Origin: Gammaproteobacteria bacterium
GTDB lineage: Bacteria; Pseudomonadota; Gammaproteobacteria; Enterobacterales; GCA-2746155
Length of the DNA: 63,195 bases
Direction: 5' to 3'
Assembly (NCBI GenBank): GCA_030589945.1
Contig: JAUUZN010000001.1
Coordinates: 1 to 63,195, forward strand
Shown here: positions 49,816 to 60,608 of the stretch, piece after piece
Layout: every line of letters starts with the position of its first letter
Position numbering within the stretch: the stretch's first letter is position 1
The notes under the pieces: generated by a model
Database searches by the model: none
Seen by the model: only the letters and a program-made list of their open reading frames with translations
Told to the model about the DNA's origin: nothing
Program-made: the position numbers and the translations under genes

Positions 49816-51059
49816 AATGTATTAAACCTATTTGCTCGATAAGCTGTTAGTGATACTTTTGATTTTCGATTAGCGATGAGATCAGCAACAGTTAATCCGG
49901 TGACTGCTGCGAGAGTCATCCCGAGATGTTGATGGCCAAAAGCATAGATGATTCGCTGTGAAGTTGTTGAATGGCCAATAACGGGTAAAGAGTCTGGAAT
50001 TGAGGGCCTAAATCCCATCCAAGCGGATTGCTCCTCGGTATCAACAGCAGGTAACATACGTTTTGCTGACGGTAACAACGCACGAATTCGATCATAATTT
50101 GGTTTTGCTTTTAGACCCGCAAACTCAACCTGACTGGTCATTCTAAGGCCAGTGTCCATGGGAGATAACACAAAGGATTGCTCGGCATTCACAACGGGTC
50201 GATTGAGTAACTCTTTGTTCGATTCAGACATCATTAGATGATACCCCCTCTCAGTATCTAAAGGAATACTATCGCCTAACTGCTTGGCGATATTGCCAGA
50301 AAAGGCTCCCGCTGTGAGAACAATTTTATCTGCAGATAACTGACCTTGTGGACCTTCAAGGGTGACTCCATCACTCTTTGCTTCGACTGAGGTCACATCA
50401 AACTGTTGATAATGACCACCACCTGCGATAAACAAATCAACCATTCCTGTGACCAGACGTTCAGGATTGGTGATGCTTAAACTGTCTTTTTGATAAAATC
50501 CTTGTTGATAAATAGGCGCTAAATTGGGTTCTAAATCTTGAATTTCAGCGGCTGACAATATTTCATAGGGAGTTCCTACTAAATCGAGTAATTCTCGAGA
50601 TTTCTGGGTTCCTGCAAATGTTTGTTGATGTTCATAAACCTTTAACCAACCAGTCTCTCTCAATAAGGATGAGAGGTCGGTGTTATTGATTAAGCTGTGC
50701 CAACTTTCAACGGCATGGACAGATAATGCATGCAGATTGACAGAATTTTCTACAACTTTACCTTGTCGACTTTGTAATACAAAACGTAACAACCAAGGTA
50801 ATATTCTTGGAAAATATGATGGTTTAATCGTAAGAGGGGAATGAGGTTGGCTGAGCATTCTCATGACATCAAAAAGAATTCCCGGCATGGCCGTTGGTAC
50901 ACAAGAGCCATTAACAATGGCTCCGGCATTTCCAAATGATGCCCCCGCACAGGGTGAATCTCGGTCAATGAGCGTGACCTGATGTCGTTCCTTAACGAGT
51001 GATAAAGCCGTTGCTGCTCCGACGACTCCGGCACCGATGACGATAACCTTATAGGACAT
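49812..51059 (-). CDS. D-amino-acid dehydrogenase-like FAD oxidoreductase (DAO family)
   Basis: 415 aa. 'VIVIGAGVVGAATAL...LIDRD...GASFGNAG' resembles the DadA N-terminus. Substrate not assignable. Confidence 0.7.
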   Translation of the reverse strand: MSYKVIVIGAGVVGAATALSLVKERHQVTLIDRDSPCAGASFGNAGAIVNGSCVPTAMPGILFDVMRMLSQPHSPLTIKPSYFPRILPWLLRFVLQSRQGKVVENSVNLHALSVHAVESWHSLINNTDLSSLLRETGWLKVYEHQQTFAGTQKSRELLDLVGTPYEILSAAEIQDLEPNLAPIYQQGFYQKDSLSITNPERLVTGMVDLFIAGGGHYQQFDVTSVEAKSDGVTLEGPQGQLSADKIVLTAGAFSGNIAKQLGDSIPLDTERGYHLMMSESNKELLNRPVVNAEQSFVLSPMDTGLRMTSQVEFAGLKAKPNYDRIRALLPSAKRMLPAVDTEEQSAWMGFRPSIPDSLPVIGHSTTSQRIIYAFGHQHLGMTLAAVTGLTVADLIANRKSKVSLTAYRANRFNTL

Positions 51060-51177
51060 TATGAACCAATATTTTTGATAATTATTTTTTTTGTATGAAA
51101 TATTATATAGGATTCTGCATTAAAATTATTATAATAGGGCTAATTAATTAAATTGGAACACTGAGCAAAAGTATTTG

Positions 51178-52470
51178 ATGATGAAAACTACGCCTTACTG
51201 GTGGAAAGCCGCACCTAGACCCGAAATAAAAGAAATAGAATTGCCAGAGACTGTGGACGTTGTGATCGTCGGTTCTGGATTTACCGGCATCAATACTGCA
51301 CTGGTGTTAGCGAGAGCAGGAGTATCGGTGCTTGTCTTAGAATCGGGCGAGATAGGCTGTGGTGCCAGTACCCTGAACGGTGGAATGTTGGGACCTAGTT
51401 TTCATAAATTAGGAATCGAAGGATTAAAATCTAAATACGGACAGGACGTCGCGAATTCAATTCTTCGTGAAAGTCTCGGCTTTGTAGATTATTTAGAGAA
51501 CTTTTTAATAACAGAAAAAATTGATGCTGACTTTATAAGAAACGGTCGATTTCGCGGAGCATTAAAAGAGAGTCACTATGAATCGATGAGCAAAGATTTG
51601 GCTGCGCTTACTAAGGTCACCTCTCTTGAAGCGGAAATGATTCCAAAATCTCAGCAACATGAAGAAACTGGCTCCCATCGTTTTCACGGTGGAGTGGTTT
51701 ATCATCGGGATGCTGGTATTGATCCTGCGAAATATCATAATGGCCTAGTGGATGTTGCTCTTGCTGCTGGAGTAATGATAAGAGCAAACACAAGAGTTAC
51801 TGAAATTAAGAAAACAAACTCTGGATTTGATGTCTCTACATCTTCTGGAATTATCAAAACCTCAAAGGTTGCTATCTGTACCAATGGTTATACCGATGAA
51901 GTTACTCAACAATTGCGTCGAAGAATTTTACCCATGCGAAGTGCAATGATCGCCACAGAGCCTTTAGAGCCTGAATTGATTAAGACTCTCATGCCAAAGG
52001 CAAGAGTTTACAGTGATAGTCGGCGTGTTGTTGCCTACTACAGACCTTCGCCAGACGGCAAAAGAATCTTATTTGGGGGACGAGCTAGTGGACTCAAGGA
52101 TAGTCCTAGGAATAACGCCCAATTACTGAAAAGCTTCATGACCTCAATTTTCCCAGAGCTCTCATCGACTGCAATAAGTCATGTTTGGTCAGGGCTTGTG
52201 GCTTATACCTTTGATCACGCTCCTCATATTGGACAGTTCGGTGAAGGCAAAGATGATGGTCTTTTTTATGCCATGGGTTATTGCGGCTCAGGTGTCGCGC
52301 GTTCTAGTTATTTTGGAAGCAAATTAGGCTACAAAATGTTAGCTATGGAGCAAAGTGAAACTGCCTTTGACAATTTAGTTTTTGAAACCAAGCCCCTCTA
52401 TCAGGGAAATCCTTGGTTCATGCCAACAATTTTAAGGTGGCATCGTCTCTTAGATCGATTTGGACTTTGA
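51178..52470 (+). CDS. FAD-dependent oxidoreductase, PuuB/OrdL-like (DAO family)
   Basis: About 430 aa. 'DVVIVGSGFTGINTAL' and 'GASTLNGG'. The track start at 51175 is TTG; ATGs at 51178 and 51181 follow. Confidence 0.65.
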   Translation: MMKTTPYWWKAAPRPEIKEIELPETVDVVIVGSGFTGINTALVLARAGVSVLVLESGEIGCGASTLNGGMLGPSFHKLGIEGLKSKYGQDVANSILRESLGFVDYLENFLITEKIDADFIRNGRFRGALKESHYESMSKDLAALTKVTSLEAEMIPKSQQHEETGSHRFHGGVVYHRDAGIDPAKYHNGLVDVALAAGVMIRANTRVTEIKKTNSGFDVSTSSGIIKTSKVAICTNGYTDEVTQQLRRRILPMRSAMIATEPLEPELIKTLMPKARVYSDSRRVVAYYRPSPDGKRILFGGRASGLKDSPRNNAQLLKSFMTSIFPELSSTAISHVWSGLVAYTFDHAPHIGQFGEGKDDGLFYAMGYCGSGVARSSYFGSKLGYKMLAMEQSETAFDNLVFETKPLYQGNPWFMPTILRWHRLLDRFGL

Positions 52471-52472
52471 GG

Positions 52473-54023
52473 CTATTCTCGTCTAATAATTGTGCCCGGT
52501 CGTGCACCTGTTTCTTTATCATTTGCCCATACCAGTTCACCATTAACCCAAACGGCTTTAATCCCCGTTGAATATTGAAGTGGTTCTTTAAATGTGGCGT
52601 GGTCGATTATTGTGTTGGGATCAAATATTACCACATCGGCAACATATCCCTTTTTAAGCTCACCACGATTGCTAAATCCTAAATTACTCGCAGTCAGGCT
52701 GGTCATTTTTCGGATAGCCTCGCTTAGGGACAAGACACTTCTATCGCGAACATAATGACCCAATACCCGTGCGAAGGTTCCCTGACCCCTTGGATGTCGA
52801 TCGTCAATACCACCATCGCTAGTGATCACCGTGTGCGGCCAGCGCATGAAATTATCAATATCACCTTCACTCATATTTCGTCCGATAATGCTTTGCTGTA
52901 AATTTTCTTTTTCAGCCGTTTGTAACAGATCCATCAATAAATCTACTGGAGACACCTTTTCTTGCACAGCGATTTCTTCTAATGTTTTACCCGTATAATG
53001 AGGGCGTCCTTGGTAATTAGTAAATATAATATTGGCAGGAGAAATAATGGATGTAAGCGCATATTTAGCGGCTTTTCGATCATAAAAATCTCGCGATGGT
53101 ATTAAAATAGATAAGGTGCTTTGCCAGCCATCGTAAGGATAAATATCGGCGGTAATATTTAACCCTTGATCACGGGCGACGTTCAACATATTGATGAATT
53201 CTGGTGAACGACCGTACAATTCAAACATCGCAAGTTTAATATGACTGATATTAGCGGCAATCTTAGCCTCTCTTGCAATGGTAATGACTTCTTCAAAAGC
53301 CGCCGTTACGGCAACATCTTCGCTTCTGATATGACTTGAATATTTGCCTCCTACCTCAGCCGAGATTTTAGCGAGAGTAATCACTTCATCAAGGGTGGAG
53401 TAGAGGGTTGGCTCATATTCAAGACCCGTTGAAAGACCTAGAGCACCGGCATTTAAATCGGCAGTTAATAAGTCGCCCATTTTGCTAATTTCAGCAGCCG
53501 TAGCCGGCCGTTTATAGTCATCTCCCATTACCCTACTTCGATAATTATTATGGGGGCCAAAATAGGCCAGATTTATCGCTGCAGGATTATGCTCAAAATG
53601 GACCATGTTATCGGCAATAGAAATAAATGGTTCACCAAATTTTGAACTAAAACCATCCATACCACTCACGATCGTTGTGATACCTTGGGCCAAAAAACTG
53701 GCTGAGGCTGGTTGTTGCATAAGCTTACTGTCATGGTGACTGTGGGGATCAATAAAACCGGGAGATAGGATCATTCCCTTTGCATCCCATACTCGGTCAT
53801 CCTTGATTGCATCCAATGGTCCTATCTCAACAATGATGCTGTCTTTTATTCTTATGTCAGCCTCAAAGGGCACTGTGCCTGTACCATCATAAATCAGTGC
53901 ATTTTTAATCAACCAAGTTGATGACTCGTCCTTCTGTGTATCTTTAACTTCAACAACTGAGCAGGAAGAAATAAACATTAAAACAAACGTTACTCTGAAA
54001 ACATCTTTTATTTTATTCAACAT
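52473..54023 (-). CDS. N-acyl-D-amino-acid deacylase (D-aminoacylase) family amidohydrolase, predicted lipoprotein
   Basis: 516 aa. Metal-binding 'PGFIDPHSHHD'. N-terminus 'FVLMFISSCSV' has a lipobox-like ISSC. Confidence 0.75.
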   Translation of the reverse strand: MLNKIKDVFRVTFVLMFISSCSVVEVKDTQKDESSTWLIKNALIYDGTGTVPFEADIRIKDSIIVEIGPLDAIKDDRVWDAKGMILSPGFIDPHSHHDSKLMQQPASASFLAQGITTIVSGMDGFSSKFGEPFISIADNMVHFEHNPAAINLAYFGPHNNYRSRVMGDDYKRPATAAEISKMGDLLTADLNAGALGLSTGLEYEPTLYSTLDEVITLAKISAEVGGKYSSHIRSEDVAVTAAFEEVITIAREAKIAANISHIKLAMFELYGRSPEFINMLNVARDQGLNITADIYPYDGWQSTLSILIPSRDFYDRKAAKYALTSIISPANIIFTNYQGRPHYTGKTLEEIAVQEKVSPVDLLMDLLQTAEKENLQQSIIGRNMSEGDIDNFMRWPHTVITSDGGIDDRHPRGQGTFARVLGHYVRDRSVLSLSEAIRKMTSLTASNLGFSNRGELKKGYVADVVIFDPNTIIDHATFKEPLQYSTGIKAVWVNGELVWANDKETGARPGTIIRRE

Positions 54024-54165
54024 ATTATTATCCTACTCACGTTTAAATACTGCCCATTCATACCATTATACGCTGAGAAATTAAAACTAGCACAAAAAAT
54101 CAAACTCTCTTGTTCACAAATAGTTTATGATCAAAATCAATAATATGAATCACAAGGAAGATCCA

Positions 54166-55296
54166 ATGGCTTCACGTTTATTACGCATCACCTTATTAAT
54201 AATAGTACCTATATCTTCCATGTTGTTTACCCAGGCACAGACAAAAACTGAAAATGTAATTCTGATTACTCTTGACGGAGTACGTTGGCAAGAAATATTT
54301 CAGGGCGTTGATAAGCGTTTTTTTGACCATCCAAAATATATTTTACACAAACGATTTCATGAAGATTTCAAAAAAGAATTCTGGCGTGATGATGCTCATG
54401 AAAGACGCAAAATTCTTTTCCCGTTTCTGTGGAATACCGTAGCCAAAGATGGTCAGCTTTATGGTAACCGCGAAAAAGGCAGCAATGCCAATATAACGAA
54501 TAAAATACAGTACTCTTACCCAGGATATAGCGAAATTCTCACCGGTGTCGCTGATCCTACCATTGTTAGTAATGCGAAAATTCCTAATAACAATTGGACA
54601 TTTCTTGAGTGGCTTGAAAAGACGCAGGGTTACAAAGGTAAAACTGCGGCCTTCGCATCTTGGAATGTTTTCCCCTTTATATTTAACCGTGATGGCAATG
54701 ATATTTTTACAAATTTCGGCTTTGAACCCATGGAAATTATGCTGGGAAATCCGCGTATTAAAGAACTCAATCAGTTGCAGTTGGATATTCCAGTTCCCTG
54801 GGATCAGGTAAGATTTGATGCTTACACCTTTAATTTTGCTTTTGAATATTTAAAAGAAAAACGCCCTAAGGTGCTGTATATATCGCTTGGTGAAACTGAC
54901 GATTATGCCCATGATAGTCAATACGACCGGTATATCACTAGCGCTCAAAAAAGTGATGAATTCATCGCTCGTCTATGGACCTGGGTACAGAATGATGCTG
55001 ATTATAAAAATAAAACAACATTGCTAATCACCACCGACCACGGTCGTGGATATGTTGAACTTGCTCATTGGAAAGATCACGGCAAAGTAGAGAGTACTGC
55101 TGAGGATGGTGATAAAGCAATTTGGATAGCAGTCATTGGCCCTGATACCCCTGCAAGCGGTGAAATGAAAAATACCAAAGACGTTAAACAAAATCAGATT
55201 GCCAAAACATTGGTAAAAATGATGGGGTTCAATTATCAAGCAACTCACCCAACTCTTAAAGCAGGTGAAGTGATTGAGATGATGACTAAAAAGTAA
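54166..55296 (+). CDS. Exported alkaline-phosphatase-superfamily metalloenzyme (phosphodiesterase/phosphatase-like)
   Basis: 'ILITLDGVRWQE' and 'TTDHGRG' motifs, signal peptide 'MASRLLRITLLIIVPISSMLFTQA'. Start chosen at the ATG at 54166, preceded by AAGGAAG; the track start is 54127. Confidence 0.6.
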   Translation: MASRLLRITLLIIVPISSMLFTQAQTKTENVILITLDGVRWQEIFQGVDKRFFDHPKYILHKRFHEDFKKEFWRDDAHERRKILFPFLWNTVAKDGQLYGNREKGSNANITNKIQYSYPGYSEILTGVADPTIVSNAKIPNNNWTFLEWLEKTQGYKGKTAAFASWNVFPFIFNRDGNDIFTNFGFEPMEIMLGNPRIKELNQLQLDIPVPWDQVRFDAYTFNFAFEYLKEKRPKVLYISLGETDDYAHDSQYDRYITSAQKSDEFIARLWTWVQNDADYKNKTTLLITTDHGRGYVELAHWKDHGKVESTAEDGDKAIWIAVIGPDTPASGEMKNTKDVKQNQIAKTLVKMMGFNYQATHPTLKAGEVIEMMTKK

Positions 55297-55339
55297 GTAT
55301 CAGAGATAACGACCCATACTTAAATCTTATTCAATAGGC

Positions 55340-56653
55340 TTATTTACAAGGTAAGGATTCTACAAATCTAGCATTACGGTTTAACTGACCAATGAAAGTA
55401 TGGACATCTGATATGCTCGATAACCAATGATCTTCCACCCTGATTTCTTCATGATTTTGCTTGCCAAAAATGACTACTTCATCGCCAGATGCTATTTTTT
55501 CCCATGCTGCTGTTATATCAACCATAGTCGTATTCATCGACATATTACCCACTGTAGGGTATCTTTTTCCACCGATTAAAACTTCGATTAAATCACTAGG
55601 AATTCCGTTAACCTTACCAATAGGAATATTGGCTAGGTAGCTGTCCCGCTGCAAAGTAAAATGACTACCATACCCCACAGAACTTCCTTTGGGATAAAAA
55701 TTAATTTGTCCTACTTTAGAATAGACCGACATTAATGGTTGTAATGCAGCAGGTGCTTCTTTTTCCAGTTTTTCTCCAAAAACTAAAGAGCCCACACGCA
55801 CCATATCTAAATGTGCTTCAGGTAGGCGTAAGGTAGTGGAAGTATTCGCAACATGCAGTAGAATATCTCGGCGTTTCAGATGCAAATTTTCGATTAGCCA
55901 GTTGGCCTGTTCTTCGAAGATAGCGAGAGCTGTTCGTGTTTCATCAATATTAGCTGCATCGGCATTTGAAAAATGAGTCATAATACCTACAACATGGATA
56001 TTTTTAAGTGCTAATAGCAAAAGCAGTTGCTTTTTTATTGCAGGAACATTCATATCAAAGCCGTTTCTAGACATCCCTCCCGCATTTAAATTCAAATGAA
56101 TTTTTATGATTCGACCCTGTTTCACAGCAAGCTTTGAAAGAAATTTAGCCATTTGTATATTGCCAACCATCTCTTCAACTTCACCATACACATCCAGGTT
56201 TGAATGCACTGTCAAAAGTTCATTGTTGCTAGCTAAGCGCAATCTAACGATTGGAATACTTAGATTCATTTCTTTCATTATTTTTAATGAATGATTTTCT
56301 GTGATGCCAAAATAATCAGCCCCAGCAATTTCAGCAACATTTCCGAGAATTTCCAATCCGTGTCCATAGGCATCAGATTTTATAACAACCATCAACTTCG
56401 TATCTTTATCAAGGAGTTTAGTTTTTACAAGTCGGATGTTGTCATAAAAGGCTCTTTGATTAATTTCAATATAAGTATCAGGTCTATGTTGCTTAGCTGT
56501 CTGATTTTTATTCCAGTCTGCAATGTGATTTAAGAGCGGTTCTGGATAGCTTGCTGCTTTCGCATTAACTGGCGCAATTGCCCAACACATTGCAATCAGT
56601 AGAGCCGAAATGAATAGAACGAAATTAGATGATTTAATTGTTTGCGAGTTCAT
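55340..56653 (-). CDS. Periplasmic PLP-dependent amino-acid racemase (alanine racemase family; broad-spectrum Bsr-like by architecture)
   Basis: 437 aa. PLP-lysine motif 'VIKSDAYGHG' and 'SVGYG'. An N-terminal cleavable signal 'FVLFISALLIAMCWAIAPVNAKA' is absent from cytoplasmic Alr/DadX. Confidence 0.75.
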   Translation of the reverse strand: MNSQTIKSSNFVLFISALLIAMCWAIAPVNAKAASYPEPLLNHIADWNKNQTAKQHRPDTYIEINQRAFYDNIRLVKTKLLDKDTKLMVVIKSDAYGHGLEILGNVAEIAGADYFGITENHSLKIMKEMNLSIPIVRLRLASNNELLTVHSNLDVYGEVEEMVGNIQMAKFLSKLAVKQGRIIKIHLNLNAGGMSRNGFDMNVPAIKKQLLLLLALKNIHVVGIMTHFSNADAANIDETRTALAIFEEQANWLIENLHLKRRDILLHVANTSTTLRLPEAHLDMVRVGSLVFGEKLEKEAPAALQPLMSVYSKVGQINFYPKGSSVGYGSHFTLQRDSYLANIPIGKVNGIPSDLIEVLIGGKRYPTVGNMSMNTTMVDITAAWEKIASGDEVVIFGKQNHEEIRVEDHWLSSISDVHTFIGQLNRNARFVESLPCK

Positions 56654-56723
56654 TTAGATAATGCCTTTAAATAGTGCCTTTAATTTATTAAGCTATCAGT
56701 CATTCTTTGTGATACGACCACAG

Positions 56724-58391
56724 TTAATTTGCTCGATCCACATAGGCAATTCCAACCGTGCCATCACGTCGGGGATCGGCAGCACCTGCCCAGCCTTCGC
56801 GTTCATTAGCTAGAGCGTGAACACCGCCAAAGTAAGGATCGTACTGACTGTCCGATACCCCATAAGCCGGTCGTTTTAGATCAAAACCACGCTTAGCGAG
56901 CCCCAACAATAATTCGGCAGATATCGATTCGCCTTCAATATAAGCCTGATTATTTGGAATTGCATGTACGCGGTAGGCGTCTACTGCTGATTTAATGCCG
57001 GCCTTAATATCAATCCAGTGACTGGTGATCTGGGCGACCGCAGAGATTATACGGGCGCTTCCCGGGCTACCGAGAACCAACTGTGATACTCCGTCGCGTG
57101 TAACGATGGTCGCGCTCATTGACGATAATGGCATTTGTCGTTTCGCCAGTACGTAAGGTGAGCCATCATCAACGAGTCTGAATGATTGCATATAATTGTT
57201 GTACAGAATTCCTAAGGTGGGATGGGCGACCTTGGCACCGAAATAGCTATCAATGCTTTGAGTCGCCGATACAACCATGCCATCAGCATCAACGATTGAA
57301 AAGTGTGTCGTTTCTCCACCCCGGTTAAGATGGTAAGTTGATAGTAGGTTTTTTGCCTCTTCCTTGGAAATTTTAGTCGCAATGTCTTTATGGTAGTCAT
57401 GAAAACCGGGCACAGGATCGTAGCGTCTAGTGCTGTGTCCAATATGCATGGCATCGAGTAACGCCAGTCTGCGACTATCATCGTCGGCATCCAGTATTGA
57501 ATTGGGTGATGTTTCGAGAATGTTGAGTATCTGTAGAACGACCCAACCACCAAATGGTGGTGGCAATGTGTACACATCATAGCCACGATAATTAGTCTGT
57601 ATTGCTGCAACGATTTTCGGTTCAGGAAACTGTCTTAGGTCATTGGCTGTAATCCAGCCAGAATTTTTTTTCATATCCGCTGCAATCTCGGCAGCAATAT
57701 TGCCACGATAAAAATCCATCGCTCCGTTGTCCGCTAGTCGTTGCAGAGTTTTTGCGAGTTTTGGATTTTGGAAAACATCACCGACTTGATAAGGAATATT
57801 ATCTGCTCGCACAAACAATTCACGGGCAGACTTTTGCTTGCTCAATGCGATAGTGCTATTACGAAAAGACCGATGCCGGAATGGACCGACGACGAACCCT
57901 TCTTTTGCATATCCGATGGCAGGCGCCAGGGTGTCAGCCCAGCTAATGTCATCACTACCAAATTTTCGTTTGGCAAAGTCCAGTACACGAAGTGTAGAGG
58001 GAACCGTTGATGACGTATGACCACTGGTTAGTTGCGTGCGTTCTACTTGCTTGGGAATATCATTGGGTGAGTAGGTAGTGCCTTGAATGACGAAGGGTTT
58101 TTTGCCTGCACCCAACTGGACTAACATGACCGTTTGTCCAAACAGACCTGAGCCTGCGGGTTCGGTGACGCCAAGTACCAGTGAGACAGCGACGGCTGCA
58201 TCAATTGCGTTTCCACCTTGCTCAAGAATCTTAATACCAGCAGCCGTAGCCTCTGGTGTTGCCGCCGAAACGATGCCCGCAAACTTTTTATCTGCCTGAA
58301 CACCTATGGTTAAAAGTGACAAGGTGAGGGACAGTAGTGTGGTCAATAAATTAATCTTGGTAACGTTATACGGCTTGTTTTTCATTTTCAT
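56724..58391 (-). CDS. ggt: Gamma-glutamyltransferase (periplasmic)
   Basis: 555 aa. Signal peptide ending 'GVQA', autoprocessing/nucleophile site 'GGETTHFSIVD', C-terminal 'GGVHA...DPRRDG'. Confidence 0.88.
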   Translation of the reverse strand: MKMKNKPYNVTKINLLTTLLSLTLSLLTIGVQADKKFAGIVSAATPEATAAGIKILEQGGNAIDAAVAVSLVLGVTEPAGSGLFGQTVMLVQLGAGKKPFVIQGTTYSPNDIPKQVERTQLTSGHTSSTVPSTLRVLDFAKRKFGSDDISWADTLAPAIGYAKEGFVVGPFRHRSFRNSTIALSKQKSARELFVRADNIPYQVGDVFQNPKLAKTLQRLADNGAMDFYRGNIAAEIAADMKKNSGWITANDLRQFPEPKIVAAIQTNYRGYDVYTLPPPFGGWVVLQILNILETSPNSILDADDDSRRLALLDAMHIGHSTRRYDPVPGFHDYHKDIATKISKEEAKNLLSTYHLNRGGETTHFSIVDADGMVVSATQSIDSYFGAKVAHPTLGILYNNYMQSFRLVDDGSPYVLAKRQMPLSSMSATIVTRDGVSQLVLGSPGSARIISAVAQITSHWIDIKAGIKSAVDAYRVHAIPNNQAYIEGESISAELLLGLAKRGFDLKRPAYGVSDSQYDPYFGGVHALANEREGWAGAADPRRDGTVGIAYVDRAN

Positions 58392-58557
58392 ATCCCAGTT
58401 ACTGATGCTTTGATTGAATAGATTAGCATGATCAAGGATAAACCTTTTAAAGTCTTTGCAAATAAACTGTTATAAAGTAGCATTGTCAGATAATTATCAA
58501 ATTTTTCTATAGGTACTCCTTACTCGCCACTATGCTGTAGTAAATCTGGAGAAGATT

Positions 58558-60396
58558 ATGAAATATAATATCACTCGTCGTGATTTTCTAAGCGGAACAC
58601 AGGTTGCGATTGGTGCATCCCTTATAGCACCATATGATGGACTCCTCGGTTCTAGTGGCTCAGACATTAAACTGGGTCAAAATTACTATCCTCCCGCACT
58701 AACGGGCATGCGAGGTAGCCATGATGGATCATGGGAGGTAATGCATGAGCGCGTCACAGGCAAAACCTGGCAAAATAGTAAACACCAAGAATCCTACGAT
58801 CTTGTCATCGTGGGAGCAGGTATAAGTGGTCTAGCTGCAGCTTATTTTTACAAAAAGGAACACTCCTCTGCACGGATCTTGATCCTCGACAATCATGATG
58901 ATTTCGGTGGGCATGCAAAACGTAATGAATTTAAGATTAATGGCAGCACTCGTATTGGCTATGGTGGGACGGAGTCTATCGACTCACCCTCAAACTGGAG
59001 TCAAGTTGGTAAAGATTTACTGCGTGATATAGGCATTGAAGTTGAAAAGTTTTACGAAGCCTATGATCAGAAGTTGTATTCGTCGATGGGTCTTGCTAAG
59101 GGGATCATGTTTGACAAAGAGACTTATGGGAAGCAAAAGCTAGTCGTTGGTTTTAACAAAATCCCATGGGAAGAATTTGCTGCTCAAACACCCATGACTG
59201 AGCATGCAAAGGTCGACTTGATTCGACTCTGCACCGACAAGCGCGATTACTTACCGGGCTTGAGCATGGATAAGAAAAAGAGAGTTCTGCAAAAAACCAG
59301 TTACTACGACTTCCTGAAAAATTACGCAAAAGTAGACCAACAGGTTATTGAAATGTTCCGCCGTTGGGGAATGAGTAAATGGTGTGTTGGAATCGAAGAA
59401 ATTTCAGCCATAAGAATGGCGTCATATGATTCAGGAATCCCGGGGCTCAATCATACCTTAACAGCCAGTAGTAACTCCAATAATGAGCCGTACATCTTTC
59501 ACTTTCCGGATGGTAATGCGACGGTCGCACGTTTACTCGTTCGGTCTATGATTCCTGAAGCTGTGCCGGGCTCAACAATGGAAGATGTTGTCACCAGCAG
59601 AGTCAATTATTCGATGTTAGATAACATCGACAACTCGGTGCGGATTCGTTTGAATAGTACGGCCGTTAACATTGTGCATACCAAAGATAGCAAAGCTGTT
59701 GATGTGACCTTCGTCAACCATGGAAAAGTACACACAATTCGTGGTAAAAAATGCATCATGGCCTGTTACAACATGGCGATACCCTATCTGTGCCCAGAGT
59801 TACCTAAAAAACAGAAGGAAGGGCTCAAGCACGGTGTAAAAATTCCACTGAGTTACACCAAGGTCTTGGTTTCCAATTGGAAAGCTTTTGCAGAACTTGG
59901 ACTCGATTATGTGTACTACACCAATGATTTTTTCAAACAGGTTGAACTCGACTATCCTGTATCTCTGGGTAACTATAAATTCGGTAGTTCGCCAGATGAT
60001 CCGATGGTGCTACATCTATGCCACTCTCATTATTCACCCGATATTCAAGGCCCAGACCAGTGGCGCGCTGGTCGGCAGCAACTCCTCAGCACTCCGTTTT
60101 CCAAGTTTGAATACCATGTGCGCGATCAACTTGATCAAGCGTTGTCTAGTGGCGGTTTTGATGCCGAGCGCGACATACGTGCAATAACCGTCAATCGCTG
60201 GCCACACGGCTATCCATACAAAACGCAGCTGCTTTGGGAACCAGACTGGCCGAATGAAGAGAGCAAACCATGGGTAATTGGTAGAAAACCATTTGGCCGC
60301 ATTACCATTGCAAATTCAGACGCTGGTTCAGTCTCAGGAACAAACTCTGCAATTGTCCAAGGACACAGAGCAGTTCAGGAAATGCTTATGACATAG
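58558..60396 (+). CDS. Tat-exported FAD/NAD(P)-binding oxidoreductase, spermidine-dehydrogenase (SpdH)-like
   Basis: 612 aa. Twin-arginine motif 'TRRDFLSG', dinucleotide fold 'LVIVGAGISGLAAAY'. Its size and Tat signal recall P. aeruginosa SpdH, but the assignment is tentative. Confidence 0.55.
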   Translation: MKYNITRRDFLSGTQVAIGASLIAPYDGLLGSSGSDIKLGQNYYPPALTGMRGSHDGSWEVMHERVTGKTWQNSKHQESYDLVIVGAGISGLAAAYFYKKEHSSARILILDNHDDFGGHAKRNEFKINGSTRIGYGGTESIDSPSNWSQVGKDLLRDIGIEVEKFYEAYDQKLYSSMGLAKGIMFDKETYGKQKLVVGFNKIPWEEFAAQTPMTEHAKVDLIRLCTDKRDYLPGLSMDKKKRVLQKTSYYDFLKNYAKVDQQVIEMFRRWGMSKWCVGIEEISAIRMASYDSGIPGLNHTLTASSNSNNEPYIFHFPDGNATVARLLVRSMIPEAVPGSTMEDVVTSRVNYSMLDNIDNSVRIRLNSTAVNIVHTKDSKAVDVTFVNHGKVHTIRGKKCIMACYNMAIPYLCPELPKKQKEGLKHGVKIPLSYTKVLVSNWKAFAELGLDYVYYTNDFFKQVELDYPVSLGNYKFGSSPDDPMVLHLCHSHYSPDIQGPDQWRAGRQQLLSTPFSKFEYHVRDQLDQALSSGGFDAERDIRAITVNRWPHGYPYKTQLLWEPDWPNEESKPWVIGRKPFGRITIANSDAGSVSGTNSAIVQGHRAVQEMLMT

Positions 60397-60608
60397 AAAA
60401 ACCTATGATTGTTAGTATTATTATCACAATAAATTTCCCAGATTAATAGATTGCAACGAGCTTTATTGATTATTCCGAATTTAATGAAGATATAGTCGTC
60501 AGTATCAGAATATAAATTGGTTTTAGATTTTGCTATCTGTTGCGCAGGCATTATTGATCGGGTATTATTAAGTGTTAGTAATGGTTTTAGCCAACACCGC
60601 ATTTTCTA

